Shown piece after piece: positions 1 to 8,299 of a DNA stretch of 32,000 bases (the stretch's first letter is position 1; every line of letters begins with the position of its first letter). This DNA is from an uncultured bacterium (GTDB lineage Bacteria > Oederibacteriota > Oederibacteriia > Oederibacteriales > Oederibacteriaceae), in contig OZ218778.1 in NCBI GenBank assembly GCA_965112635.1, forward strand, positions 730,258 through 762,257, given 5' to 3'. The notes under the pieces were generated by a model that was given only the letters and a program-made list of their open reading frames with translations, did no database searches and had not been told where the DNA came from. A program made the translations under genes and the position numbers.

Positions 1-664
1 CCGCGATGTATAAAAAGTTAAAGATGGCGCTGTATTGGTCCTTGATCAGCGGCTGCCAGTCCAGGAAAAGCCAGGTGCCCGGCACCGGCCCCAGCAATTT
101 TTCCTCTCCGGCGTGCCGGCAGAACCAGTCCAAACACTTTTCCAGGGCCGGAAATACTTCTTCGATCACGTCTTTTTTGCCGGTAAAAAGGAAGTAATAC
201 TGCAGGGACATGACCCAGATGAGGTTGAAATCCGGCAGGATGCAGTCATAGGCCTGGCTGGGAAAAACGCCGAACAAGAGCCCCTCGGGCGTCTGGGACT
301 GGGCTGCCTGGCGGATGCCCCGCCGCAATAAATCAAATTTGCCGAAGGCGTAGGCCGTGACCCAGGCCTGGACCGTGGCGTCGCCCCACCACTGGCCCTG
401 TTCCCTCCACGGGCAGTCCACATAACTGTCCAGCATGCACACCCGCTGGGTATGCGCCGCCGTCTCCCATATTTTATTGAGGAGCGGGTCAGAGCAGGAA
501 AAACTGCCTCTTGCTTCCACCGGATAACTGGAGTGTGTCAAGCTCACTGAAAGGACAATAGGTTTTTTGATCCGGCGCACCGTGACCAGCATATAGCGGA
601 ACCCGCGGCTGCCAAAACCTTCCCACTCCTGCTTGCCCTGGCAACAGCGGTACCTGTCTGCCAT
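1..664 (-). CDS. GH78-like (alpha-L-rhamnosidase family) glycoside hydrolase, catalytic (alpha/alpha)6 portion. The 3' end runs off the window, and the frame differs from the upstream part of the same gene (possible pseudogene).
   Basis: My own minus-strand translation from ATG 664 gives MADRYRCCQGKQEWEGFGSRGFRYMLVTV...SFSCSDPLLNKIWETAAHTQRVCMLDSYVDCPWREQGQWWGDATVQAWVTAYAFG...FPSQAYDCILPDFNLIWVMSLQYYF..., with no stop before position 1. The GFRY and DCPxREQxxWxGD motifs are typical of GH78 six-hairpin domains. The ORF is missing from the track only because it is open at the window edge. Confidence 0.6.
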   Translation of the reverse strand, partial: MADRYRCCQGKQEWEGFGSRGFRYMLVTVRRIKKPIVLSVSLTHSSYPVEARGSFSCSDPLLNKIWETAAHTQRVCMLDSYVDCPWREQGQWWGDATVQAWVTAYAFGKFDLLRRGIRQAAQSQTPEGLLFGVFPSQAYDCILPDFNLIWVMSLQYYFLFTGKKDVIEEVFPALEKCLDWFCRHAGEEKLLGPVPGTWLFLDWQPLIKDQYSAIFNFLYIA

Positions 665-1703
665 GGCTGATCCTGCAGCTCTCCTCCGGGTCCAAGAGCA
701 CGATGGAGCCATCATGGTTCAGGTCCTCGGTGTAAAAAAGGTCCACCATTTCTCCGCCCAGGGCTTTTTGGATGGCCAGGCGGGGATGGCCCACCACTTC
801 CTTGCCAAAATCCAGCAAAAGCGCTTGGGGTTTTCGATCCTTGGCCGGTAATATCTCAAAGGTCATTGTGTTCTTGGGTCCAGCCTGGCCAAGCCGGAAA
901 GCCCCTTGTTTGGCTGGCTGCCTTTTTTCATGAAAGAGCAGTAATCCCAGGTTGTTATATTTTTCCCAGTTCTTGACTGTGGTCACGCTCCACTGGGACA
1001 GCACCTGGCTGGGAGCCATCTCCTTTTCTTCTAAAAAGGAAATGCCCCGTGGCTCCAGGCCCGGCCAGGGCATGCGCGGCACAGGCCCGCTGCGGGGCGA
1101 TTCGGTCCATTTCGAATCGTCAAAACCCGGCAGCATCCAATTAGGATCGAGCTGGCTGGCGTCAAAATCCTCCTGAAAACCCTGCTGGAATGAGATGCGG
1201 TCCGCCATCCGGTTCCACGCCCTGATGACATTGGACTTAGGGAAACGGGCCGGGATAAGGCCCGGGCACCAGCCCGCCTCAATAGTGCGCCAGGTGGAGT
1301 CGGTAGAGAGGGGCACGGTTTTGCCCGGCCCCAGCTCAGCTTCGCCGTCCAGCAAAAACCCTTCCCAGCCGGTCTCGATGTGGTGGAACATGGTGATTCC
1401 AAAATGATGCACCACGGCTGCCAGCACATTGCGGCCTGCCCGTAAAAACGGGGCGATATCCAGTTCGTCATAGGGCAGGCTGAAGGGATAACCCCGGGCC
1501 GGGCCGCGGCACACGAATTTGCCGTTGACGAACAGTTTATACCGGCTGTCCGCCGTCACCCTGATCCGGGCATGCCGGGGTTTGGAGGCCAGGGTCAGTT
1601 CTTTGCGGTATATCCTCCAGTAGTTCCACGGTTCTCCGAGATGGTCGTCCGCCAGCCAAGTGCACAGCCATTGCCCGGTCCATTTTTTCTGGGTCCCCAT
1701 CAT
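489..1703 (-). CDS. GH78-like (alpha-L-rhamnosidase family) glycoside hydrolase, N-terminal domains. The last ~60 codons before the stop at 489 look out of frame.
   Basis: This is track ORF 489..1736. ARIRVTADSRYKLFVNGKFVCRGPARGYPFSLPYDELDIAPFLRAGRNVLAAVVHHFG matches the bacterial rhamnosidase N-terminal domain pattern. A strong SD (AAGGAGG) sits just before ATGATG at 1703/1700, so the start is trimmed from 1736. The tail GRQVPLLPGQAGVGRFWQPRVPLYAGHGAPDQ is low-complexity, whereas the alternative frame continues the family signature. Confidence 0.7.
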   Translation of the reverse strand: MMGTQKKWTGQWLCTWLADDHLGEPWNYWRIYRKELTLASKPRHARIRVTADSRYKLFVNGKFVCRGPARGYPFSLPYDELDIAPFLRAGRNVLAAVVHHFGITMFHHIETGWEGFLLDGEAELGPGKTVPLSTDSTWRTIEAGWCPGLIPARFPKSNVIRAWNRMADRISFQQGFQEDFDASQLDPNWMLPGFDDSKWTESPRSGPVPRMPWPGLEPRGISFLEEKEMAPSQVLSQWSVTTVKNWEKYNNLGLLLFHEKRQPAKQGAFRLGQAGPKNTMTFEILPAKDRKPQALLLDFGKEVVGHPRLAIQKALGGEMVDLFYTEDLNHDGSIVLLDPEESCRISHGRQVPLLPGQAGVGRFWQPRVPLYAGHGAPDQKTYCPFSELDTLQLSGGSKRQFFLL

Positions 1704-1710
1704 TTCCTCC

Positions 1711-2685
1711 TTAATTCTTCCAGGAATACTTGCCATACTCTTGCACGGCCTGTTCCATGGCCGCCAGATGTTCGGGCGGGGTCGGCATCCCCTGATCAGG
1801 GCAGCAAAAATATCCGCCCTCCGCTCCCAGCAGTTTTATCTTTTCTTTAACATCCTGTTTGATCCGCTCTACCGGCCCTTCTATGAGCAGGGCCGTACTG
1901 ATTCCTCCCTCAAAGGCGATACGCTTGCCTCCGCTGGCGCGGAGTTTACCCAGGTCGTTGGCCGTGGCCTGGATGGGATTGAGGATATCCACGCCCAATT
2001 CCATAAAGATCGGCAGCATGGCCTCCACGTTGCCGCAGGAATGGAAATGCACCAAAACATTGTTCTTTTTGTAAAGTTCGAACAGCCTGCGGTATTCCTG
2101 CACCAGAAAATTTTTTACAATGGCCGGCCCGAGCAAGGGCCCGTTCTGCGTGCCCAGGTCGTCGCTCATGCCCACCATTTCACAGCCGAGCTTGAGGTAA
2201 TGCTTGGCCATGCCCAGCTGGAAATCCATGATGCGGTGCAGTACCTCCCTGGCAAACTCCGGCTCAGCGTAAAAATATGTCATCATGTTCTCCATGCCCA
2301 CGAGCAAATAGGATTTTTCCCACAAAGTATCGCGGTTGGACCCGCAGATAAAGGCATCCTCGGATCTTGGGGTTTCGGCGGCCATTTTGTAGATCTTCCC
2401 GCACAGGCGTTCATCGTTGGGGTCTGGCCATTGGTAGGTTTTAAGGGCGTTCATATTGGCTAATGGGTTGACGCGGGGAAAACCCATGACCTCGGGCTGT
2501 TCTTTGTGCCATTCCACGCCCCAGATATCGGTCCATTTGGACCCCACCGGGCAGTCGTGCCCGCCGCCGTCATAACCCTCGTGGTTGCAGCCCTGGTAAC
2601 ATAAAGTTTGACGGGGCACATAACTCATCACCCGTTCGGGCCGGTCAAAACGGATTATTCGGAGCGCGTTCTCTTTGTCAGTCAT
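1711..2685 (-). CDS. Uroporphyrinogen decarboxylase (URO-D / MtaA-like) family protein
   Basis: A 324-aa ORF with the URO-D-fold pattern: ...MSDDLGTQNGPLLGPAIVKNFLVQEYRRLFELYKK...VHFHSCGNVEAMLPIFMELGVDILNPIQ... Confidence 0.8.
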   Translation of the reverse strand: MTDKENALRIIRFDRPERVMSYVPRQTLCYQGCNHEGYDGGGHDCPVGSKWTDIWGVEWHKEQPEVMGFPRVNPLANMNALKTYQWPDPNDERLCGKIYKMAAETPRSEDAFICGSNRDTLWEKSYLLVGMENMMTYFYAEPEFAREVLHRIMDFQLGMAKHYLKLGCEMVGMSDDLGTQNGPLLGPAIVKNFLVQEYRRLFELYKKNNVLVHFHSCGNVEAMLPIFMELGVDILNPIQATANDLGKLRASGGKRIAFEGGISTALLIEGPVERIKQDVKEKIKLLGAEGGYFCCPDQGMPTPPEHLAAMEQAVQEYGKYSWKN

Positions 2686-2764
2686 TGGCCTTTCCTCAAC
2701 TGGAAACTATACGGAAAATCATATCACGTCCGGGTTTTTGTGGAATAGACATCCACGTAGGGAT

Positions 2765-2770
2765 TATAAT
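2765..2770 (+). promoter_or_regulatory. Candidate -10 box (TATAAT) for the 2808 gene
   Basis: A perfect TATAAT lies 38 nt upstream of the ATG in the 122-bp divergent intergenic region. The -35 is weak (TGGAAT/GGAATA). Confidence 0.3.
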
Positions 2771-2807
2771 AGGAAAGTTGTTCAAAAAAAGAGGAGGATA
2801 AAACTGT

Positions 2808-3851
2808 ATGAGCCAGACGCCCCGTGAAGTCTTTAAGCGTGCCATCACTTTCCAAAACCCTGACCGCATCCCCCGCGACCTCTGGACCCTTGGTTGGGCT
2901 ACCAGCCGCTTCCCGGCGGAAACCGAGGAGCTTCTGCGGCGTTTTCCACCGGACCTGGTCTCCGCGCCAGCCCCCTATCGTCCTTCTTCCTGTGCCAGAG
3001 GCAGCATCTACGACGCCGGCAGCGCGGTAGATGATTGGGGCTGCGTTTTTGAAAACCTGATGCCCGGCGTGCATGGAGAAGTGCGCAATCCTATCATCAA
3101 AACTCTCGATGACTGGAAATCCGTAAAACCGCCCTATGAGACTTTGCCTGAAAAAAACAGTTCGGCCCGCGACACAGTCAACCGCTTCTGCGGAAACGCG
3201 GATAAATTCGTCAGGCAGCCCACCAGCCCGCGTCCGTGGGAGCGCTACCAGTTCCTCCGCAGTACCGTGGAAGCCATGATGGACGTAGCGCTTATGGAAC
3301 CAGAGTTCCACTCCCTTCTACGTACCATCCATGAATTTTTCCTGAAAGAAATGGAGTTCTGGGCCTCGACCGACGTGGACGCGCTGTTTTTCATGGATGA
3401 CTGGGGTTCGCAGGAGCATCTGCTTATCCATCCTGAGTCCTGGCGCAAAGTTTTCAAGCCCCTTTACAAGGACTACTGCGACATCGCTCACGCGGCCGGT
3501 AAACGCATCATGATGCATTCGGACGGCCAGATACTGGATATCATCCCTGACCTTATCGAGATCGGCGTGGACGTGCTCAATTCCCAGCTCTTTTGCATGG
3601 ATATCGAGGGTTTGGGCCGGATGGCCCGGGGCAAGCTCGCTTTTTGGGGCGAGATCGACCGCCAGCACATCCTCATCTCACCCGATCCTGAAGTGGGACG
3701 GCAAGCAGTCCGCAGGGTGGCTAAAAATCTGCTCACCCCGGCTGGCGGGGTCATTGCCCTGCTGGAGTTCGGCGTGGGCGCCAATCCGAAAACTGTCCTG
3801 GCTATCTATGAAGAATGGGAAAAAGTCGGGAAAGAAGTTTGTAAGCGGTAA
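2808..3851 (+). CDS. Uroporphyrinogen decarboxylase (URO-D / MtaA-like) family protein, paralogue of 1711..2685
   Basis: A 347-aa ORF with SD AGAGGAGGA upstream. ...FFMDDWGSQEHLLIHPESWRKVFKPLYKDYCDIAHAAGKRIMMHSDGQILDIIPDLIEIGVDVLNSQ... parallels the HSCG/GVD..LNP block of the neighbouring gene. Confidence 0.8.
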   Translation: MSQTPREVFKRAITFQNPDRIPRDLWTLGWATSRFPAETEELLRRFPPDLVSAPAPYRPSSCARGSIYDAGSAVDDWGCVFENLMPGVHGEVRNPIIKTLDDWKSVKPPYETLPEKNSSARDTVNRFCGNADKFVRQPTSPRPWERYQFLRSTVEAMMDVALMEPEFHSLLRTIHEFFLKEMEFWASTDVDALFFMDDWGSQEHLLIHPESWRKVFKPLYKDYCDIAHAAGKRIMMHSDGQILDIIPDLIEIGVDVLNSQLFCMDIEGLGRMARGKLAFWGEIDRQHILISPDPEVGRQAVRRVAKNLLTPAGGVIALLEFGVGANPKTVLAIYEEWEKVGKEVCKR

Positions 3852-3873
3852 TGCTTCTGGAAAAATTGCGGGT

Positions 3874-4674
3874 TTAAAACTTCCTGGTCATACCGGCCAT
3901 GAATCCGCCGGGTAAAAAATTAAAAGAGAATTGCAGGTCCTGCTCTTGGTGTCCGGTCACTATATTGCGCTTTTCTTTTTTGGCCTGTTCCGTGAAAAGG
4001 TCCTGCAGCCGGTCTGAGATGATAAATCCCAGTAAAAGGCTTCCGCCTTTCCACCAGTCATGGTTGATGAACTGTCCCACTCCCGGGATCATGGAGGAGG
4101 CGCCTATCCACAAGGCCCGGTCATAGGTGGGGTCCGAGGCCATGGCCGTATAGCCCGCGTCCATGGTGGCAAAACTTTGCAGGGTCCATTTGCAAAAACC
4201 AAATGCTTCGCTGCAGCGGTCATAAACCGTGACCGGCCCTTCTTCCTCCCGGGGGGCCACCTCTCTCAAGGTCTGCCAGTTGAGCGCGGTCAGGAAAAGC
4301 ATGCTGTCGCCCTGAAAATAGCTTTTGTTGGCCAGTTCGCCCACTCCGGGCACCACCGAACACGAACCGATCCACAGGCTGCTGCCGTAATCCCGGCCTA
4401 ACTCCTCGGACACGAGTACCGTGTCGATCATGGAATACCGCTCCAGCACCATAAAAAGCCCCTCTTGAATGGCCCGGATGGAGTCGGCTTTTTCTTCCGG
4501 GAGCGACCGGTTAAAAATCTTTTCCCTTTCTTGGTCGAGCTGGGCCTGGTTGTCCGGCTGAGTGGCATTGGCGGTTGTGGTCTCCTGGGCCTGAAGAACG
4601 GCCTGCCATCCCGTCATCATGACCAAAAGGGAAAGGATAAGAGTGGTCTTCTTTATTTTTTCTCGGAACATCAT
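3874..4674 (-). CDS. Secreted or envelope hypothetical protein with two internal WIG-x5-PGVG(E/Q) repeats
   Basis: Start trimmed to ATGATG at 4674, preceded by GGGAGG. The longer track ORF (to 5016) overlaps serS and is P/G/R-rich. There is an N-terminal signal-peptide-like segment, MMFREKIKKTTLILSLLVMMTGWQAVLQA. The repeats are SLWIGSCSVVPGVGELANKSYFQG and ALWIGASSMIPGVGQFINHDWWKG, and the C-terminal residue is Phe. Confidence 0.7.
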   Translation of the reverse strand: MMFREKIKKTTLILSLLVMMTGWQAVLQAQETTTANATQPDNQAQLDQEREKIFNRSLPEEKADSIRAIQEGLFMVLERYSMIDTVLVSEELGRDYGSSLWIGSCSVVPGVGELANKSYFQGDSMLFLTALNWQTLREVAPREEEGPVTVYDRCSEAFGFCKWTLQSFATMDAGYTAMASDPTYDRALWIGASSMIPGVGQFINHDWWKGGSLLLGFIISDRLQDLFTEQAKKEKRNIVTGHQEQDLQFSFNFLPGGFMAGMTRKF

Positions 4675-4700
4675 TCCCGCCTCCCTATGTAATGAGTGTC

Positions 4701-5978
4701 CTAAGCTTTGCGTATCCTGTCCATGCCGTGCATATAGGGCCTGAGGGCGTCGGGGATGAGGATGCTTCCGTCGCGCTGCTGGTAGTTCTCCACGATGGCG
4801 ATCCAGGTCCTGCCCACGGCCAGGCCCGAACCGTTGAGCGTGTGCACGAACTCCGGCCTGGACTGCTTGTCGCGCCTGAACCTGATGCTGGAACGGCGCG
4901 CCTGGAAATCCAGGCAGTTGCTGCACGAGGATATTTCCCGGTAGGTCTTGGACCCGGCGAGCCACACTTCGAGGTCGTAGGTCTTGGCCGAAGCGAACCC
5001 CAGGCTGCCCGAGCACAGCTGCACCACGCGGTAGGGCAGTTTCAAAAGCTGGAGCACTTCCTCAGCGTCATGGGTGAGCTTTTCCAGTTCGCCCATGGAG
5101 TCCTCGGGCCGGCAGAACTTAAAAAGTTCCACTTTGTTGAACTGGTGCTGCCGGATGAGCCCGCGGGTGTCCTTGCCGTAAGACCCGGCTTCCCTGCGGA
5201 AGCAGGGGGTGTAGGCCGTGTAGTACAGGGGCAGGCGGCCGCCGTCCAAGATCTCGCCCTTGTGCAGGGAGTTCAAAGGCACCTCGGCCGTGGGGATGAG
5301 GTAATAATCGTCATCCCGGCATTTAAAAAGTTCCTGTTCGAATTTGGGCAGCTGTCCTGACCCCTGCATGGTGTCCGGGCTCACCAGGTAGGGCGGCAAA
5401 ACCTCCCGGTAGCCGTGTTTCTGGGTGTGCAGGTCCAGCATAAAGTTGAGGATGGCCCGTTCCAGCTGGGCTCCGGCACCCTTATATAGAGGAAACCTTG
5501 CCCCGGAGATTTGGGTGGCCTTGTCGAGATCTAAAATATCCAGTTTTTCACCCAGGTCCCAGTGGGCCAGGGCTTCAAAACCCAGGTCAGGGGGGGTACC
5601 CCACCGCCTCACCTCTTTATTATCATCATCGTCCTTGCCCTGGGGCACCGAGGCGTCCGGGATATTGGGGATAAGGAGCATCATAGCCTTGAGTTCTTCC
5701 TCGACTTTGGCCAGGTCAGTTTCCAAACCCTTTATTCTTTCGCCTTGCTCCTGAGTTTGCTTGATCAGGCTAGCGGCATCCTTTTTTTCCTTTTTATAAA
5801 TGGCAATTTCCTCGGAACCTTTGTTCTTTTCCGCCTTCAAGGTCTCAACGTGCTGCAAAAGTTCCCGCCTTTTAACCTCAGCCTGCTTTAAATTGGCTAA
5901 AGACAGCTGGGTATTGCGCAAACGCAGTGATTCCTCCACAATTCCTATATTTTCCCGCACAAATTTTAGATCTAGCAT
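4701..5978 (-). CDS. serS: Serine--tRNA ligase
   Basis: A 425-aa ORF. It has the N-terminal coiled-coil [22 protein letters not shown]... and a class II core with ...[25 protein letters not shown]... and ...[21 protein letters not shown]... Confidence 0.97.
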   Translation of the reverse strand: MLDLKFVRENIGIVEESLRLRNTQLSLANLKQAEVKRRELLQHVETLKAEKNKGSEEIAIYKKEKKDAASLIKQTQEQGERIKGLETDLAKVEEELKAMMLLIPNIPDASVPQGKDDDDNKEVRRWGTPPDLGFEALAHWDLGEKLDILDLDKATQISGARFPLYKGAGAQLERAILNFMLDLHTQKHGYREVLPPYLVSPDTMQGSGQLPKFEQELFKCRDDDYYLIPTAEVPLNSLHKGEILDGGRLPLYYTAYTPCFRREAGSYGKDTRGLIRQHQFNKVELFKFCRPEDSMGELEKLTHDAEEVLQLLKLPYRVVQLCSGSLGFASAKTYDLEVWLAGSKTYREISSCSNCLDFQARRSSIRFRRDKQSRPEFVHTLNGSGLAVGRTWIAIVENYQQRDGSILIPDALRPYMHGMDRIRKA

Positions 5979-6108
5979 TAGGTTTGTCCTCTTTTCGTCA
6001 AAAACGACTAATTTTTGTTCAATTATGTGCTGTTTTTGTCAAATTTCATCTATTTTTGATATAAAATTGCTCAATTTTGTAACTATTGTACTGTTTCTAT
6101 AACTTCAA

Positions 6109-7578
6109 TTATTTCTTATCTTTTTTGTTCTTTTCCGGCCAGTCCAGCATAAACTTCTGGGCTATATTGACCTGGTCCTGGGTCAGCTTGGCCTCCAGCA
6201 CGCTCTTGCGGTCCCCTGCTTTTTCATGGCCGTTCCTGCTGGCCAGGGAGTACCAGATATAGGCCTTGACCAGATCCTGTTTCACCCCGATCCCATTTTC
6301 ATACATTATTCCCAGGTTGTTTTGGGCAACTGCGAAATCCAGGTCAGCGGCTTTTTGAAAAAGCCTGAAAGCCCGTTTGGGGTCCTTTTTGACCCCCTGG
6401 CCGTTGAGGTATAAAGAAGCCAGGTTGTTCTGGCCCACGCTATAGCCCTCATTGGCGGCCAAGCGGTACCACATGGCGGCCTTTTCATAGTCCTGGGTCA
6501 GGCCGTTGCCTCCCTGGGCATACAGCACTCCCAGGTTGTTCTGGGCCAGGGGGTCTTCTTTGGCCGAGGCCTTTTTGAACCAGAACTCGGCCTTGGCAAA
6601 GTCCTCGTCCACCCCGCGCCCGGCCATATAAAGGTTGCCCAGGTTGTCTTCAGCGGGGACATACTCCAGGTTGGCTGCCCGGCGGTACCACATGGCTGCT
6701 TTTTTCAGGTCCACGATGACGCCCCAACCGTTCTCGTACATCTGGCCCAAACTGTTCTGGGCCTGGACATTGTCCAGGTCCGCGGCCTTGAGGTACCACA
6801 GCAGGGCGTGCCCGTAATCCTGGGTGACCCCCTGCCCGTTAAAGAGCAGGTTAGCCAAGCTGTCTTGCCCTGGGCTGTAATTTTGGTCAGCCGCCTTTTG
6901 GTACCAGAGCAAAGCCTTTTGGTAGTCCTGGGGGACGCCCGTGCCTTTTTCATACGCGGTGCCCAGTTGATACTCCGCGACATCATATCCCTGGGCCACG
7001 GCCTTGTTCAGCCATTCTATCGCCTTGGACGCGTCGGCCTGGACCCCCACGCCGTTGAAATACATCTGGGCCAGGTTGGTTTGGGCCTGCGCTAAACCCT
7101 GGTCCGCGGCTTTTTGGTACCACTGCCGGGCCTGGTCCAGGTCCCTTTTGACCCCTTCGCCGTATTCATAGCGGACGCCCAGCCTGTTCTGCGCTTCGCT
7201 GTAACCCTGGTTGGCCGCCTTGGTGAACCACTCCACGGCCTTGGCGTAATTTTTTTTGACTCCCAGGCCCTGCAGGTCCATCAGGCCGAGGTTGCACTGG
7301 GCCGGCGCAAAATTTTGGCTGGCTGCTTTTTTGAACCAGGCTTCGGCCTTGCCAAAATCCTTTTTAACCCCTATCCCAAAAAGATAAATCTGCCCGAGCT
7401 CGTTCTGGGCCACGGCCTCGCCCTTGTCCCCGGCCTTTTTGAACCACTGGACCGCCTGCCCGCAATCTTTGTTTTCTAGAGCTGCCACTCCCTTGTCCAG
7501 CTCTTCACTGGCCCAACAGGGCACAATAAAACTTATGGCAATCCATATTAAAATGACGGTTTTAATTGTCCTTTTCAT
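6109..7578 (-). CDS. Sel1-repeat (TPR-like) protein, secreted
   Basis: A 489-aa ORF with a signal peptide (MKRTIKTVILIWIAISFIVPCWA). It has about 12 tandem ~36-aa Sel1 units of the form AQxNLGxMYxNGxGVxxDxxKAxxWYxKAA. Confidence 0.93.
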   Translation of the reverse strand: MKRTIKTVILIWIAISFIVPCWASEELDKGVAALENKDCGQAVQWFKKAGDKGEAVAQNELGQIYLFGIGVKKDFGKAEAWFKKAASQNFAPAQCNLGLMDLQGLGVKKNYAKAVEWFTKAANQGYSEAQNRLGVRYEYGEGVKRDLDQARQWYQKAADQGLAQAQTNLAQMYFNGVGVQADASKAIEWLNKAVAQGYDVAEYQLGTAYEKGTGVPQDYQKALLWYQKAADQNYSPGQDSLANLLFNGQGVTQDYGHALLWYLKAADLDNVQAQNSLGQMYENGWGVIVDLKKAAMWYRRAANLEYVPAEDNLGNLYMAGRGVDEDFAKAEFWFKKASAKEDPLAQNNLGVLYAQGGNGLTQDYEKAAMWYRLAANEGYSVGQNNLASLYLNGQGVKKDPKRAFRLFQKAADLDFAVAQNNLGIMYENGIGVKQDLVKAYIWYSLASRNGHEKAGDRKSVLEAKLTQDQVNIAQKFMLDWPEKNKKDKK

Positions 7579-7588
7579 GTTCTCCCCT

Positions 7589-8299
7589 TTATTCTTCGAG
7601 TTCTACGCGCGGTTTCCAGGCAGCGGCGCGCTGTACCGCTTCTTTTATCTCCGTCTCGCTCAACCTTTTTTTTACTTCTGTGATCACGGCGTCCACTTTT
7701 TTACTGTGGCTTTTACGCGCTAAAATAAGCCATTTCAGAGCCTCGACCAGGTCCTGCTTGGTCCCTCTTCCCAGGAGATACAGCCCGGCCAGGTCTTGCT
7801 GCGCCTGCAGGTTACCCTGTTCGCTGGCCCGCTGATCCCAAAAAAATGCTAAGCGGTCGTCCTGCTTAACGCCCTGTCCCTGAAAGTAAAGGGAACCCAG
7901 GTCCCTCTGGGCTGTGGCGTTGCCCTGTTTCGCGGCCTTGGTGAACCACTGGACCGCTTCAGGGTAATCCTGCCGCACGCCCCGGCCCTGGGCATACATC
8001 ATGCCCAGGTCTTTTTGTCCTTCGCTGCTGCCCTGGGCCGCCGCCTTCCGGAAAAGTTCTACGGCGGTCCCAACGTTCCTCTCTACCCCGTGTCCTTTGG
8101 CGTAGAGCAGGCCCAGACCGGCTTGTCCGTCGGCTTCGCCCTTTTGGGCGGACTGGGAAAAATAATAAAAAGCCTTTTGGGTGTCTCCGGCCTCGTAAGC
8201 GGCCTGTCCCAGGTCGGATAAGGCGCTCCCCCAAGCCGTACAGCACAGGGCCAAAAGGGCCAGCAGGCCGGCCCCGGCTTTAGCCAGGATGTTTTTCAT
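7589..8299 (-). CDS. Sel1-repeat protein, secreted
   Basis: A 236-aa ORF with a signal peptide (MKNILAKAGAGLLALLALCCTAWG) and repeated GQxxLGxLYxxGxGVxxDxxxAxxWFxKAA units. Its start overlaps the upstream gene's end by 20 nt. Confidence 0.9.
   Translation of the reverse strand: MKNILAKAGAGLLALLALCCTAWGSALSDLGQAAYEAGDTQKAFYYFSQSAQKGEADGQAGLGLLYAKGHGVERNVGTAVELFRKAAAQGSSEGQKDLGMMYAQGRGVRQDYPEAVQWFTKAAKQGNATAQRDLGSLYFQGQGVKQDDRLAFFWDQRASEQGNLQAQQDLAGLYLLGRGTKQDLVEALKWLILARKSHSKKVDAVITEVKKRLSETEIKEAVQRAAAWKPRVELEE

Noticed and set aside
1660-2463. A 267-aa plus-strand ORF, with the similar cases 2724..3311(-), 22181..22720(+), 28505..29260(-) and 30424..31122(+)
   Set aside because: Each is antisense to, or off-frame from, a gene with clear domain signatures (URO-D, ICMT, HEAT-membrane protein, SurE). 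None has a recognisable motif.
4675-5016. The N-terminal 114 codons of track ORF 3874..5016
   Set aside because: This region overlaps the serS 3' end and is R/P/G/Q-rich. A GGGAGG SD and a signal peptide begin at ATG 4674, so the gene was trimmed.
4692-5360. A 222-aa plus-strand ORF
   Set aside because: It is antisense to serS, which has unambiguous family motifs. It is a shadow ORF.
5979-6108. A T-box or other riboswitch leader upstream of serS
   Set aside because: The gap is only 130 nt and extremely AT-rich. It has no specifier-loop/T-box consensus and no terminator/antiterminator pair that I could see.
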